DNA from: Amoeboaphelidium protococcarum X5
Lineage: Eukaryota; Fungi; Aphelidiomycota
Direction: 5' to 3'
Length of the DNA: 64,000 nt
Assembly (NCBI GenBank): GCA_023515725.1
Contig: JALDTO010000251.1
Span: 744,001-808,000, forward strand
Shown here: positions 27,041-39,800 of the stretch, piece after piece
Position numbering within the stretch: position 1 is the first letter of the stretch
How the letters are laid out: each line of letters starts with the position of its first letter
The notes under the pieces: model-generated
The model's input: only the letters and a program-made list of their open reading frames with translations
What the model was told of the DNA's origin: nothing
Database searches by the model: none
Program-made: the position numbers and the translations under genes

Positions 27041-28594
27041 ATGGATAATAACAACAACTAAGATCGTCACTTGTAAGCCCTTTACGGCGTGATTGATTAG
27101 CCGGTTGCTGATGCTCATTAGCATCTTCATCATCATCATCATCATTAGTAGTAGTAGCACTAATCTGATTATACTGCGCTTTAGTAATAATAGTAATAAT
27201 AAGAGTTGTAACAGCTGCATTATAATGATCAAGTGTCTGGTATCCTCCAGGCTCAAGATTATATCCAAATGGCCCAATCACCTCTCCCTGTGCAGCAGTA
27301 ATAACAGCCTATGGTGTCTAAATTCTAGCCAGTGTAATAGTTATAGCTCACTCCTCAACTGGCTGATTATTCTTACAACATCATTCCCTCTGACCAGATT
27401 ATATAGCAGCAAGTCAACGAGATTCCGAATGGAACAAAGGGCTGGCCACAGTTTATTGATCAGCACATCACTAATCAAATTCTCGCTCTTGATCCTGCTT
27501 CCAATGGTGATATTGGCGCGTTTAGTGGGCAGTCGTTAAGCTTGGATCGCGTCCAACCAGTTGACTTGAGCGTGTTGGGTCGCATCGAGGGAGGATTCTT
27601 TGTGCATGAAGACTGCTGGACTTGCTATCGAAGAAACTACTTTCATGTCTGTGCTGCTCTTCATATGGCATCTACTGCTTTCCAATAGCAGCTGTCTCAC
27701 TCGGCTGTCACTCAAGAGCCAGATCTGTATATAAATCTGCGTGATGATGGCTCCATGAATAATCTCAATCTGAAGAAGGTTAAATCTTTTGATATGGACG
27801 TTGGAGTGAAGAGCACAGCTGGATTTGAAAACAAAGCTACCGAGATTGTGGCTCATGGCGTAAAGCGTAATGGGAAGGCGTGCAAGGTGGAGCCTCAGGT
27901 TATTGTGCCTAGTTATCATCCATCTTAAATGCTTAATGCTTAACTGCTGCAGGCAGAATTTCTAAATGGGAGTGCTGGCATCGGCGGTCAGAATTCTCCT
28001 GAAGGCCCTAATGGCAATCTTCTGGCTTTCCAGCGTCTGTAGTTCCGACATGCTACTGCAAACAATGGAAAGAGGCGCGCAATTTAGTAAAGGTATATGA
28101 TTGTGATGACTTTATACGCTAATATGGAAGATGGCTCAAGAGTGGAAGTGACGCGTTACCAAAGCGAAGAAATTGTTGTGCGTGGCCGATCTCCTGGTCA
28201 TTACGCTGAGCAAGAGCAATTGAAAGAGGTGCGCAGATACAGCCACTTCTCGTCACCTCGCTCCTCAGAGCATACAATCACACCTCAGATGAATAGCTCT
28301 GAGCTGTCTTCTGCACTCATTCCTCCAGTCAGTGCAGAGGGTGGCCATGATTATGTCAATGCATTTCTCAATATTGCCGGAAATGGCAGCAGTGATACGA
28401 ATTAAGCTGATTGGATGACTAAAATCAATGCTAACGATGGTCTCGTTATTCCCGCTGATGAACACCTCTATGAATATTTTATGAATGGCAAGGTGACTAC
28501 TGCAACTCCAGCTCAAACCCAGTAAGTCAAAAGAGTCTCCGTCAGTCAATAGTCGCGTCGTATCTCTGACATTAGCGGCAACATTGCCCTTTGA
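27041..28594 (+). CDS. NDT80/PhoG-family transcription factor
   Basis: GRIEGGFF...WTCYRRNYFHV...AFQRLQFRHATANNGKRR...IVVRGRSPGHY; His/Gln-rich N-terminus; 517 aa. Confidence 0.88.
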
Positions 28595-28925
28595 AACGTC
28601 TATTTAACTCCTTAGCAAATAAAGTGAATGTCAGACTGCCTTCAGTCCCCTTATGAATCAATTTGAATATTTAAATTCTCTCAATAATAAATAATTTTCA
28701 TTTTTGTTTACTCTCATTATGACTGATTGCCAAACTACTTCCTGACTAAATGCAAGCAACCATTTACTCAGTCGTAAGTTAGTTAATCAGAACCGCGCTT
28801 TTGATCTCGTTTTGTAACGGGAATCCAAGCGGTGATTGGTCGTGATAGACTTTAAGTGCTTTTCTCAATCCTTTGGCTTCCCTCATCTTGCTTACTCTAA
28901 AATATTATTATTCAGTTACGCATAA

Positions 28926-29830
28926 ATGGTAGGCACACATTAGCGAGTTTGATATATGATTGTTCAAGCACATGGCTCACAGCTCCCTAGTTCCGCCACT
29001 GATACAGTGTTTTTATCTCATGATGCTATTATTGTCGACCTCCGTGATGCTATAGTGGCTAAAAATGCAGGCGGTCCTTTATAGAGCATTTTTGGCATTC
29101 TGTTGAAAGTTTTTAAGAGTGTATCTGAGTTGAGTGGGTAGCCAGCCAATCAACAGTAGTGTGCGCGTGAGTGAAATTGGCGGCGAGGCTGGAATGACTG
29201 AGGAAAATGCTCTGGTTGTATTGATGTCAGACAGATTTGCGTATATCTGTTCGCTCGCTGCCGTAAAGTAGTAGCCGCATTACAACTGCGCGTCGATTGT
29301 ATATGTTGGCACATCGTTAGGGCCAGTAGATGAGTGTTGAATAGTCTTGCAGAAAGTTTCTGGACTCCATAGCGAGAAAGCTTTCTCTGTGTTACGATTT
29401 TGATCATACTTTCCCTGGTCCCACTATTAGCGATGTAATGAAAGCAAAGCAAGGAATGGAATAGAAGTTTATGAAGCTGCTCCAGATGATGATGATGATA
29501 AGGTATATTGGAATCATAGTAGGGCATAAAGTGAGCATGAATGTTATAATTATGACGAGCCTAGAAGGATTATGCGCTATGGGGACCCATTGAGACCGAC
29601 GAAGTTGCCTGATATTTTCACGGCTAACGAGTGGAAAATATTAAGTAAGCTAGACAGATTGCAGCTGAACGATTTACCGTTGGTAGGATACCGCGGTTGC
29701 ATACGAAGTCTTATGTTGTCATTCCGCGTGCAGAGTTTACACCTGAATGTGTTGCCCTTCTCAAAAATATAATGTATGTGTAAAAGCTGAGCTAGCCGCT
29801 GGTCCTGATGGTTTCCTCTATATGACTAAG
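28926..29830 (+). pseudogene. Crinkler (CRN)-like effector pseudogene
   Basis: Pieces in different frames read RV*YMIVQAHGSQLPSSATDTVFLSHDAIIVDLRDAIVAKN...LKVF / PINSSVRVSEIGGEAGMTEENALVVLM (CRN-like header), then CRKFLDSIARKLSLCYDF..PTISDV / LPDIFTANEW / YVVIPRAEFTPECVALLKNI / VKAEL. There is a TGA at a likely Trp (28950-52) and several frameshifts, including a GCCA duplication at 29141-48. Confidence 0.6.
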
Positions 29831-30281
29831 ATGGCTAGATGGAATGAGTTAGCACAATGTGATGAAAATGAAGATCTCTGTAATCAAAAAGCATTGTTTA
29901 TACGCGTCTTCTCTTTCTTCCTCAACAAGACTCGATATCACACTGTCTCCTATACAGAGAATGGTTTGATGGAGGACATCCAAAAGTTTACAAAAGCTTT
30001 TATTCCGAGATTGAAACAGGGAAACAACATAGAATCATATATACGTCAAAGAGAAACGCGTAACGAAATTGCTAATTGCAACTAGAAGATAAACATGTTG
30101 CTGGGTAATCTCTAATTGCTTTTTGAAGTTCATATTCATCCAATACTAATTTAGTCTTGCTATTCATTGTTGAATTCAATTAAAGTTTTTTTTACGAGAT
30201 GTTATTCAGCTTGGCTTGACCGATAATGCGTTTCACTTCTTCTCACCAATCATTGCCAACTTAATCAGTAACTATAGTAAA

Positions 30282-31211
30282 ATGAGCCAATCAAAAGACA
30301 AGTAATAAAAAAAGCCTCGTGATATTTATGAATTACCTTTTATTCCTGATATTGCACGCCCTATGGAGCCTAAATCTGGTAGAGTTAAGAATATCGAGAG
30401 TTTGTTTAAAGAGAAGTTTGGTTTGTAGTTAGAGGAAGCCCTTCTGTTTGCAGAAGATATGGTGGATGTGATTATTCCTGAGGGTCGTGATTAAAATGAT
30501 TACTTGGTCATAATGGCCATTGACAGAGGAATCAATAGCAGAAAACTACCAGTTGCATACGTGCCAGCATCTGTAACCAAGGATCTGTAGTTGCTAAAAC
30601 TGAAACAGTTGTATGGCGGCGCACGTGGAGATCGCGCCGAGAAAGAAATCTGCGCGATTTAATGCGGACAGAATCTGGATCAGATCAAAGGCGTTATTGA
30701 ACAGATTCGCGCGCAAGTAGAAGCGAAAAGATTAATATTCCACGGAGTAGTTAATTCATCAATTGTTAGCCGTTTAATTGCGCAAGGTTTCCAATACGTG
30801 TCTTCGAACTTCGAAAATCCTTGCGAGTTTGGTAATGGAATATACTGTTCGTACTAGTTGGAATATGCATTCTAGCACATCAGTAAGTATTAGTCTGCAG
30901 GACAGGCGATTTTAGTTTTCGATTGGTCTTGTGTTGATGATCTGGAGTACCATTATATTCAAGGATAAGAGTGGAAAATGTTGGTCAAGTAAAATGTCTG
31001 CATACACAATGAATTGAAGATGAGAGAAATTGGCTTTCCTCCGGAACTGTTCGAGAGTTTCGATGTAGTTGAAGGCTCTATCACGAAGAACTACAAAGCA
31101 ATTTAATCGTGTTCAGACCCCATCAGTGGAACTTCAACTTAAGTTGTAGTGTTGCGACATTATGGCAGAATCTTATTTCCTCGTTTGGTTGGTTTAATCT
31201 ACTTGAAATGA
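30282..31211 (+). CDS. Putative ADP-ribosyltransferase-fold protein (DUF3990/PARP-like H-Y motifs), 309 aa
   Basis: Intact ATG-to-TGA frame with about a dozen TAR codons, so it is absent from the ORF track. Motifs in order: LIFHG (30732-46), EFGNGIYCS...EYA (30825-70), AILVF, EWKMLVK, FDVVEGSIT, TQVVV. Confidence 0.65.
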
Positions 31212-31548
31212 TATTTAAAAGTATTTTGAAAGATAAACCTTATCACAGCTGCCTATTTAAGCTTAATAATTATTATGCTTAATATGTTTAATAATTTTTT
31301 CACTTTCCTTAGACATTAGAGAGAGTGTGATTGTTCGATTCAGCGGTCTATACCGTTGCAAAAATTGTATAGCGAAGTTGCCACGTGGTTCATAAACGCT
31401 TGGTTGTTGAATTTCGTCATTTCTCTCGCCCTGAAAGCGCGCGTTCCTTTTCAAACGTTTAACGTTCACACTAAAGAGACTGGTGGTCTTGATAGCTTTT
31501 TAGTCTTTCGGAATATACGTTCCTGTAAAATTGATAGAACGGAGTACC

Positions 31549-34500
31549 ATGACGGAATTAGTAAAAGAATAACCAGAGTAAAAGGAAGCTGTTATGGCCC
31601 CATAGGATTATACTGGAGATCCTGCTGCGAATGCTCTTGTCAGCTCATACATTGGTAATGTGAAAATTTCTGGTGTTATATGTGCTGCAGTCTTTGCACC
31701 AATGCTGATTTTCTATCTCTTGAAAATAGTGGGCTTATAACTCAATTTCTTATCCACATCAATTATTGGCATTCTAATTGTATCAGCTCTGAGTGGTATA
31801 ATTCGTAAAGAGATTGAGACGTACAAACGCCTGGTCAGAGTGGAGTTGCAACGGTAGTAGGGATTGAGACAGCTGGACACGGACATTGAGAGCGCCGAGT
31901 GGTTGAATCTCATCTTGGGAAGGTTCTGGCTTATATTTGAACCGGTCATTAGCGATATTGTGACTGGCTCTGTTAATTAGATTCTGGATCAGTATACACC
32001 GTCTTTCATAGATTCTATTGGTCTCAGCGAATTCACTCTGGGCACTGTGGCGCCTCGATTGGCCAACTTTAGGGGTATCACCAAGACTGATGATGACATT
32101 ATCAGGTTTGATTGTGATGCTATATTTGAGCCTAAGGATTCTGAAGACTTGGTGGTGACGAAAGATGAGCGTAATTCCAAAATTGTACTTAGCACTCGTA
32201 TTGGTAAAGGTGTTATGGGTGTCGAGATTCCAGTTCTGGTTAAAAACATTGGATTCTCTGCATAGGCTCAGATTGAGCTGTAAACTATGCAGGGATTCCC
32301 ATTTGTGAAGATTGTTAAATTGCAGTTGCCACAACATCCATCTGTTCAGTTTGTGTTGAAACCGTTGAAAGGTATGGATTTGATGGATCTTCCTGGGTTG
32401 AATGCATTTCTGTAGACTTTGATCAGAGATATTGTGGGTATGCTTTTCGTCCATCCTAATGCTTTCGTCTTGGATCTGGATGCAATTATGAATGGAGATT
32501 ATGTCGTTGGAGAGTAGGCAATAGGTATTCTACTTATAAAGGTGTATGAAGCTAGAGGATTGAAGAATATGGAGTCTTTTGGCGTTAGTGATCCATTCGC
32601 CAAGGTGAAGATTGGTGGAAAGGAGGTGGCCAGGACTAAAATCATTGACAATAATCTCAATCCGTACTTTAATGAGTCCTTCTATGTTATCGTACACTCT
32701 TTGAATGACACTTTTGAATTGGGGATCTATGATAAGGACTTGATCAAGGATTCAATGATGGGCTCGTACAAGTCCACTCTGGCAGAGTTTGGATTAGATT
32801 AAAACCCAAAGACTAATGATATGTGGAAGCCGTTGAGTATGAAAGAGTCCAGGTAGTCGGGGAAGGATTCCAAAAGTTCCCTGCCAGATCTGTCTATGCC
32901 GTCCATTGGTGGAAAGGGTGGGAAGAGTTCCAAGGGAGATGTGAGATTTGAATTGTCATTCTACCCACTTCCTTCTGTCGAGCAAGTGGCTGACGCGGCT
33001 CAGTAACTGACTTAAGATGCGTCGCGCTCAGCTAATTAGCAGTAATCTGCTCCATCTGCCGGAGTTTTGCGTGTCACTGTGCATCAGTTGAAAGAATTAG
33101 ATACCAAAAGAACTAATATCGGCGTATTTAGTCCCTATGTCGAGGTACTACATTTCGGTAATGTTGTGTTTAAGAGTAAGGTGGTCAAGAGGAAGAATAA
33201 TCCATCCTTTGAGCAGACATTCCAGCTATTTATCAGAGATACAACGTTTGATCAGCTCAAGTTTGTAGCTTATGATCATCGTGAACTATCCAATAATGTC
33301 GAGTTGGGTGACTGCGTATTGACTCTCAACGAAATCATAAAGAACTTGAACAAGAAGACCAACAAGATCGAGTGGTGGTCTTTGCGTAATGTCAATTCTG
33401 GTCAGATCCGTTTGTCTTTCCAATTCACCCCAGTTGAATTTGACCATGCTGTTCCTCACTTGAGTCTCACTGGTAAGAATATTGCCTTACCTGCTATTGG
33501 TGTATTACGTGTGAAGGTTATTGAGGCTCTGGATTTGAAAAATGCTCAGAATGTGGGCATTTCTGATCCGTATGTCAACATTGTCTACGCTGGCATGATT
33601 CGCGCCAAGACTGACATTATTGAGAGTTCTCTGGAGCCGATGTGGAATGAGACGCATTACATTTTGGTGCAGGATGACTCTCTGAAGGGGAAGCTGTTCT
33701 TTGAGATTTTTGATTTTAATAACCTTCAGAAAGATAAGAAGATGGGCGATGCCGAGTTTGATTTGAAGTAGTTGGAAAGTAGTAATACTAAGCAGAATGC
33801 AGATGCGAGTAGTGCATAAGAGTTTTGGATTCCAGTCACGTTAAGTAAAAAGCAAGCTGGCTCTTTGAGGGTGGAATTGTCATTTCATCGCACCATTGTG
33901 CCTAAAGCGATTGAAGATGTTGCAGAATCTGCGGCCCCATTGGCTGATGGAAGCGCTAAAGACGTTGGAGGCACTAAGATTATTGAATCAAGCAATAATG
34001 TTGCTAGCACTCAGTTGAGTAATATCGATGATTTTAGATCTGGGATTCTATCTATAGAGATTGAATAAATTGAATTAGACAAGGCCACTTAGCTCAAAAA
34101 TGAAGATGATATACCTGAGCCTTACTTGGAGTTTTATGATTCCACTGGAAGTATTTACAGCAATGAAATTGCATCTCTGTATGAATACAACACTATTGCG
34201 ATGAGAAACGCGGTGGAAGGATCCAAGTCTACTCTATTTGGCTCTATCCGCAAATTGGGTGGTAGTGCTGCAAAGGGATCTAATGATTTGGACTCGTTGA
34301 TGAACTCTTTGCAAAACAAGAATGAGGCTGCTATCAAGAATGCAAGAAACTTTGTCTTGGTGGAGAGAAAGCTGTCCAATAAGAAGGGTCTTGATGTTGC
34401 TATGGATGAGCAGTTTGAGTTATTCGTTACGGATGTTGAGTCTGCATCACTATTGGTTGTATGCAAGGATTATGCTAGACCAAAGGGATTACCAGGAGTG

Positions 34501-36336
34501 GCCGGTCTTAGTAATGTTAGTAGAATCATTAGTGGCAATGGTAATAAGAAGGAGCTTAAAGGATCTCCGCGTGAGTCTGATTCCGAAGCTGAGGATGAAC
34601 CAAAGAAGGTGGAGCGTGCTCAAATGTTGATGCATCCTATCTTGGGTAAGAATGAGATTTTGATCAAGGATCTGTTACAGGATGTTGCCAAACAGTAAAG
34701 CTAGGCTGTGATTGTTGACACTAATGAAGCTACTTCCTCCTCCGCGGCATAGTCTGATGGATAAAAGACTGTAAACCAGAGTTTATGGCGTAAATTAGTG
34801 TCAATTAAGTCAGAGGGGAATCCTATTTCTGGTAGATTCAAGATTAAAGTCAACTTCAAGCCTGTTCCACTGAATGAAGATCAGTTGTACGCAGAGTAAC
34901 TGTTATGGCTCACCAATTCCGGAAACTTGTCTGTCAATGTAATGGAAGGACACAATCTTCCTGCTGTTGATACCAGCGGCTCTTCTGATCCATTTGTGGT
35001 TTTGAAGCTGAACAGTGACAAGTCTGTGAAGACCAAAGTGGTGAAGAAGAACAATAAGAATCCTCGATATAATGAGACGTTCAACTTTGAGTTGAAGAAT
35101 CGTGCTGCGTCTCGACTGTACATTGAAGTCTATGATTGGAATTAGTTTGAGGGAAATAAGCTCATGGGGTACATACCTGTTGACTGTAGCAAGTTCTTGG
35201 CTGACGAGAGTTAGGAAGTGCAATTAGCTCTGTTGGATGAAGATAGCGGAGAGCCTTTGAAAAGCATTGATGGCCTGCCATCCACGCTGCAGTTGAAGTT
35301 TACATTCAAACCTGACGCGAAACTTGCCGCTTTCAAGCGAAGGAGACCAAAGAATAAGAATCTGCTGTAAAATACTCTGGGCACAGCTGTGATTAGTCCA
35401 ATGAACGATGCTGTTGGTCTGATCAGTGGTACGGCGTTGGCCGCTTAGAAGATGATGCACTTCAAGAGGAGCAATAAGGAGAAAAAGAAGGCTGAGGGTG
35501 CCATGTCAATAACTTCTGTGGCGTCCAGTTATGAATTCAGTGGTTAGAGTGATACCGAACCACCAGTAGTTGACAATTTACCTGCTAAACAAGCTGACGC
35601 TCCTCTTGAAAATGCAGCTGGTAAGAATGTAGGCGATTTGTAGAAGACTGTGCCTGAACCATCTGCACTTGCTCCTATCGGTGGTTTGAATACAAGTTTA
35701 TAAAATTCTACGCAGTCTTTGAGTGAGAACGGCACCCTTTTGGTGACTGTTGTTGAATGCATGAATTTGAAGGCGGTTGACAAAGGTGGCAGCAGTGACC
35801 CGTTTGTTAAAGTCAAGTTTAGTCGCAAAGAGGATCAGAACCAGGCTAATAATCAGCATTCGGAAAAGAGAAGCTTATTCCATGGTGTTGGTAGTAGTAA
35901 GGATGTGCTGGAGAAGGTTCACTTCAAGACTAAGCATGTGAAGAAGAATTTGAATCCAGTGTTTAATGAATAGTTTGTGCTGCCTGTCTCCGTGAAGAAG
36001 GATGACGGTCTAATGATTAGTCTCGGCATCAGAGATCATAATACATTTGGAAATGCCGTAGATATAGGAGATCTGTAGCTTGATGTTTGGCAGCTATTTG
36101 CCAATGCTTAACACGAATCCGAGAATTTACAAGTTGTCGATTTCACTTCAACTCCTGGCTAAGTTCTGAACGGTGGTAATGGACAGATTCGTGTCAAATT
36201 GGAGTATCGCGCTGGTTTGGCTCCTTCTGAGCTGAGTCCCAGAAGTCGCTTCGGCTCTAATGCCTCATTGTCATCCGGCGGTGGAATGTCTGATGAAATG
36301 AAGAAATCAAGAAGCTTTCTATCTGGTAAAAATTGA
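31549..36336 (+). CDS. TCB: Tricalbin / extended synaptotagmin (TM hairpin, SMP domain, multiple C2 domains)
   Basis: 1595-aa frame; ESAEWLNLILGRFWLIFEP and FTLGTVAPR (SMP); repeated C2 motifs (GVSDPFAKV, GISDPYVNI, GSSDPFVVL, GSSDPFVKV, LNPVFNE). Confidence 0.9.
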
Positions 36337-36822
36337 ATAACTCTGAAATGATTAATGAAATCTTATTTAGCTCAATATCAATCTAGACACGGATGTGGCC
36401 TTTTTAATGAGCGACATTACCACGCATGATAATCTCAACCTTTTTTAAATTCAAATGTCATTATGCAAAATTTTCAATATCAGAAAGAAGTCGGCTAGCA
36501 TTAATTCATGAGTACCATCAATGATTAAAAACTCTACGTCAAATAGATAGTCGATTCAAATGACACTGTTTCAGAGAGCTAAATCGAGCCATGTAATTGC
36601 GTTCGCTGAACTTTGCTTTCAAAATTCCAAAAAATCAATGACGAATTTACGAATTGTTTAACGGCAAGCCACAAATCCGATCTGAATCTCATAAAACAAA
36701 CAATGCTTAGCTGAAGTTCAGGCTGTTCATCTTCAAGTGTCTTTCTTGTCTTCTTCTTCTTCTTCTTCTCTGCACTTTAATACTTGCACAAATAATAATA
36801 CTTTGTGTTCCCACCTGATAGA

Positions 36823-39800
36823 ATGACTTCAGTAACACCAGTCTCGATTAAGGTGAGCGATTTGAATGTTGCAGTCTCATCGGGTAAGCGTTTGCTGAAT
36901 GACATCAACCTGGAGTTTAAGGCTGGCTCACTGACGGCTCTGATGGGAGGTAGTGGCTCTTCAAAGACGTCTCTCCTCAATGTTCTTGCTGGTAGATTTC
37001 CTCTTCCGTACAGTGGGGAGATATTGTTTAATGGTGGGCGGAAGTCTGGCAAGATTGGCTATTGTCAGTAGAATGATTACCTGCTGCCGTATCTTACTGT
37101 GAAGGAGACGCTATTCTACTCTGCTAGACTTTTGGTACCTGGTTTAGAACGTGCTGACTATCAGTAGTTGGTCACCCAAGTTATGCACGAGCTGGATTTG
37201 AGTGAATGTGCAGATACCATCATTGGAGACTCTTTACAACGTGGTGTATCTGGTGGGCAGAGGAGACGCACATCTGTGGCTATTTAGTGTTTACAGAAAT
37301 GTTCAGTTATATTTTTGGACGAATGCACTAGTGGACTGGACGCTTATATGGCTCTTCACCTGGTGTAGGTACTGAAGCGATTGGCTGTAGATGGTCACAC
37401 TATCGTGATGAGCATTCATTAGCCGAGGAGAGATATTTTCGACCTGCTGGACAATGTTGTACTTCTCTCATAAGGCAGTTTATGTTATGCTGGTGCTACT
37501 ACTGAAGTGGCGTCCTATTTTGATTCACTAGGATTGAAGTGTCCTGTTGAGTAGAATATTGCAGACTTTATAGTTGACTGTTCGTCTATTGATAGTACGT
37601 CACCTCTGATGGAAGAGTAATCTCAAGTCAGAGTCAAGATGCTCACTGATTAATGGAAGTAATCTTAACTTGATAAAGTAACTCATGCAGATTCTGAGAC
37701 TGACACCAAGAAGTAGAAATCTCTCGATGCTGCGAATAAAGGTGCACTCTAACAACAAGATAGTACTAAGAATCATAGATCATTTATAATTAAATTTTTT
37801 GATAAAACTATGATCCTGACGAGCAGAGGCTTTGTTAACTTGAAAAGGGACTTTTTGGGCACCTTTGGTATGTTTATGGCTGATGTTTTGATTGCTGTGC
37901 TGATGGGTCTGATTTTCTACTAGTTACCCGTTAGTGCTGATGGTATTAGATCTAGAGCTGGGGCGGCGTATGCAGTGTCTGGTCTTAAGCCGTATTTGTA
38001 CCTGATTTTGGATATATACAGACTCTCTGATGAGATGCGTATTTTCGATCGTGAACGCAAAGATTCCTTCTATGGTGTGTGCTCATATCTTACCTCTAGC
38101 TTTATTGTCAATTTTCTGCCTCGCTCTCTGTCCCACGTAGCTTTTACGACTATAATGTTCTTCCTTACTGATTTGCGACCGGTATTTGGATGGATATTTT
38201 TTATGAGATATACTGCTGTTAACTTGATGCATTCATGGCTCTTGATATCGATGGCCTGGGCTGCAATATCAATCTCTCGTGATTTTAGTGTGTCCTCTTT
38301 GATTGCTAATACGTTTGTCAGCTTTCTTACTCTATCTTGCGGTTTCTTTATCAATACGGCTGACTTGCCTGTATACGTGGCATGGATTAGATATATCTCA
38401 TCGTTCTGGTACACTTATCGTGCGAGTTTGTCTGCAGCTCTGACTGATGTTGATTTTGCCTCGCCTGGAGATGGAAATGCATTCTTGTTGACGTAGGAGA
38501 GTGAGCCCAATTACTTTGGTGATGCTATTTGGCATTAAGCTTTGATTTGGCTTACCACAGCTTCTGTTTGTGTAATACTGCTTCATGTTAAAGTCCCTCA
38601 GGTGTCGTATAAGAATAATTAGGTGAAGCACAAGTCAACCAAAGTTCATCCTCTTGAATCATCTCTTACAGGCAATTAGTAACCAGAAGTTTAAAAAGTT
38701 GTGGAGATTGATGAAATCAGAAAAGCACCACTGATAGTTGTACGCAATCTGAGTCTTAGAGTGCAGAAATTTCGTGAATAAAAGATCATACTTAGGGATG
38801 TGAGCACTTAGTTCTAGCCTGGTTAATTGAATGTTATCCTCGGGTCTTCCGGCTCTGGTAAGAGTTCTCTGTTGAATACTTTGGCTGGCCGCTTGCATTC
38901 CAACTCTTTCAATAGATTCGTCACTTCAGGATCTATTGACTATATCATTGACAATAAGAAGATTCGTGTTACTAACACACAAATGAAGCGCTTCATCTCC
39001 TACGTTACGTAATTTGATGATCGCCTTTTACCATCGCTCACTGTTCGTGAGACTTTGACGTTTGCTGCCATGTTAAGAATGCCTAGTGCCATGTCTACTG
39101 AGAATAAGCGCAGAAGAGTAGAGGAATTGATTCAGATGCTCGGTCTGAAGGAGTGTGCAGATACCTTTGTGGGTAATGAGTTTATCAAGGGCATCTCTGG
39201 TGGTCAGGCAAGACGATTATCCATTGCCATTCAGCTTTTGATGGATCCATACGTCCTGCTATTGGATGAGTGCACAACCGGACTGGATGCATTTAATGCG
39301 AGAAATGTTATGTTACTCTTAAAGTAAATTGCTAGTGGAGAGTTGACCGGCAGACAGTGCACCGTCATATGCACGATTCACCAGCCTTAATCTGAAATTT
39401 ACACCGCTATTGATAACATCCTTCTGCTGGCAAAAGGAAGTCAAGTCATATATAGTGGATCGCGCCAAGAAATGCTGCCTTTCTTTGAATCCAATGGCCA
39501 TCAATGTCCAGAGATGACAAATCCTGCTGATTTCGTACTTGATGTCTCTGTATAGCACAGAGGTGAGTTTAAAGTCTCAGCAGCTGATAGTGCCACCGTA
39601 ACTTAGTATTAAGAAAGCGCTATTAATAATTTGGATGTTTCCAAGCCGTCTGATGTCTCCTTGATACCAACTTTGCTGAAGAGGAGTTATCTAAACATTT
39701 TCCGGCAGTCAAGTCTTGTTATAGCTCGCTTGTCTCAAGTGGTCGCTTTCGGTGCGGTACTAACGCTGAATTTTGCCCCACTCAGAGATGGGCAGAGTTC

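Noticed and set aside
28929-28982. Possible GT-AG intron rescuing the start of the CRN-like gene
   Set aside because: The would-be intron encodes header-like residues (RV*YMIV) in frame, and the downstream frameshifts remain, so a nonsense mutation is the simpler explanation.
31783-32454. 223-aa minus-strand ORF, and similar antisense ORFs such as 55968-56690, 52594-53115 and 8486-8956
   Set aside because: These are shadow frames overlapping well-supported genes (tricalbin, POL3, CLC, eIF4G) and show no recognisable motifs.
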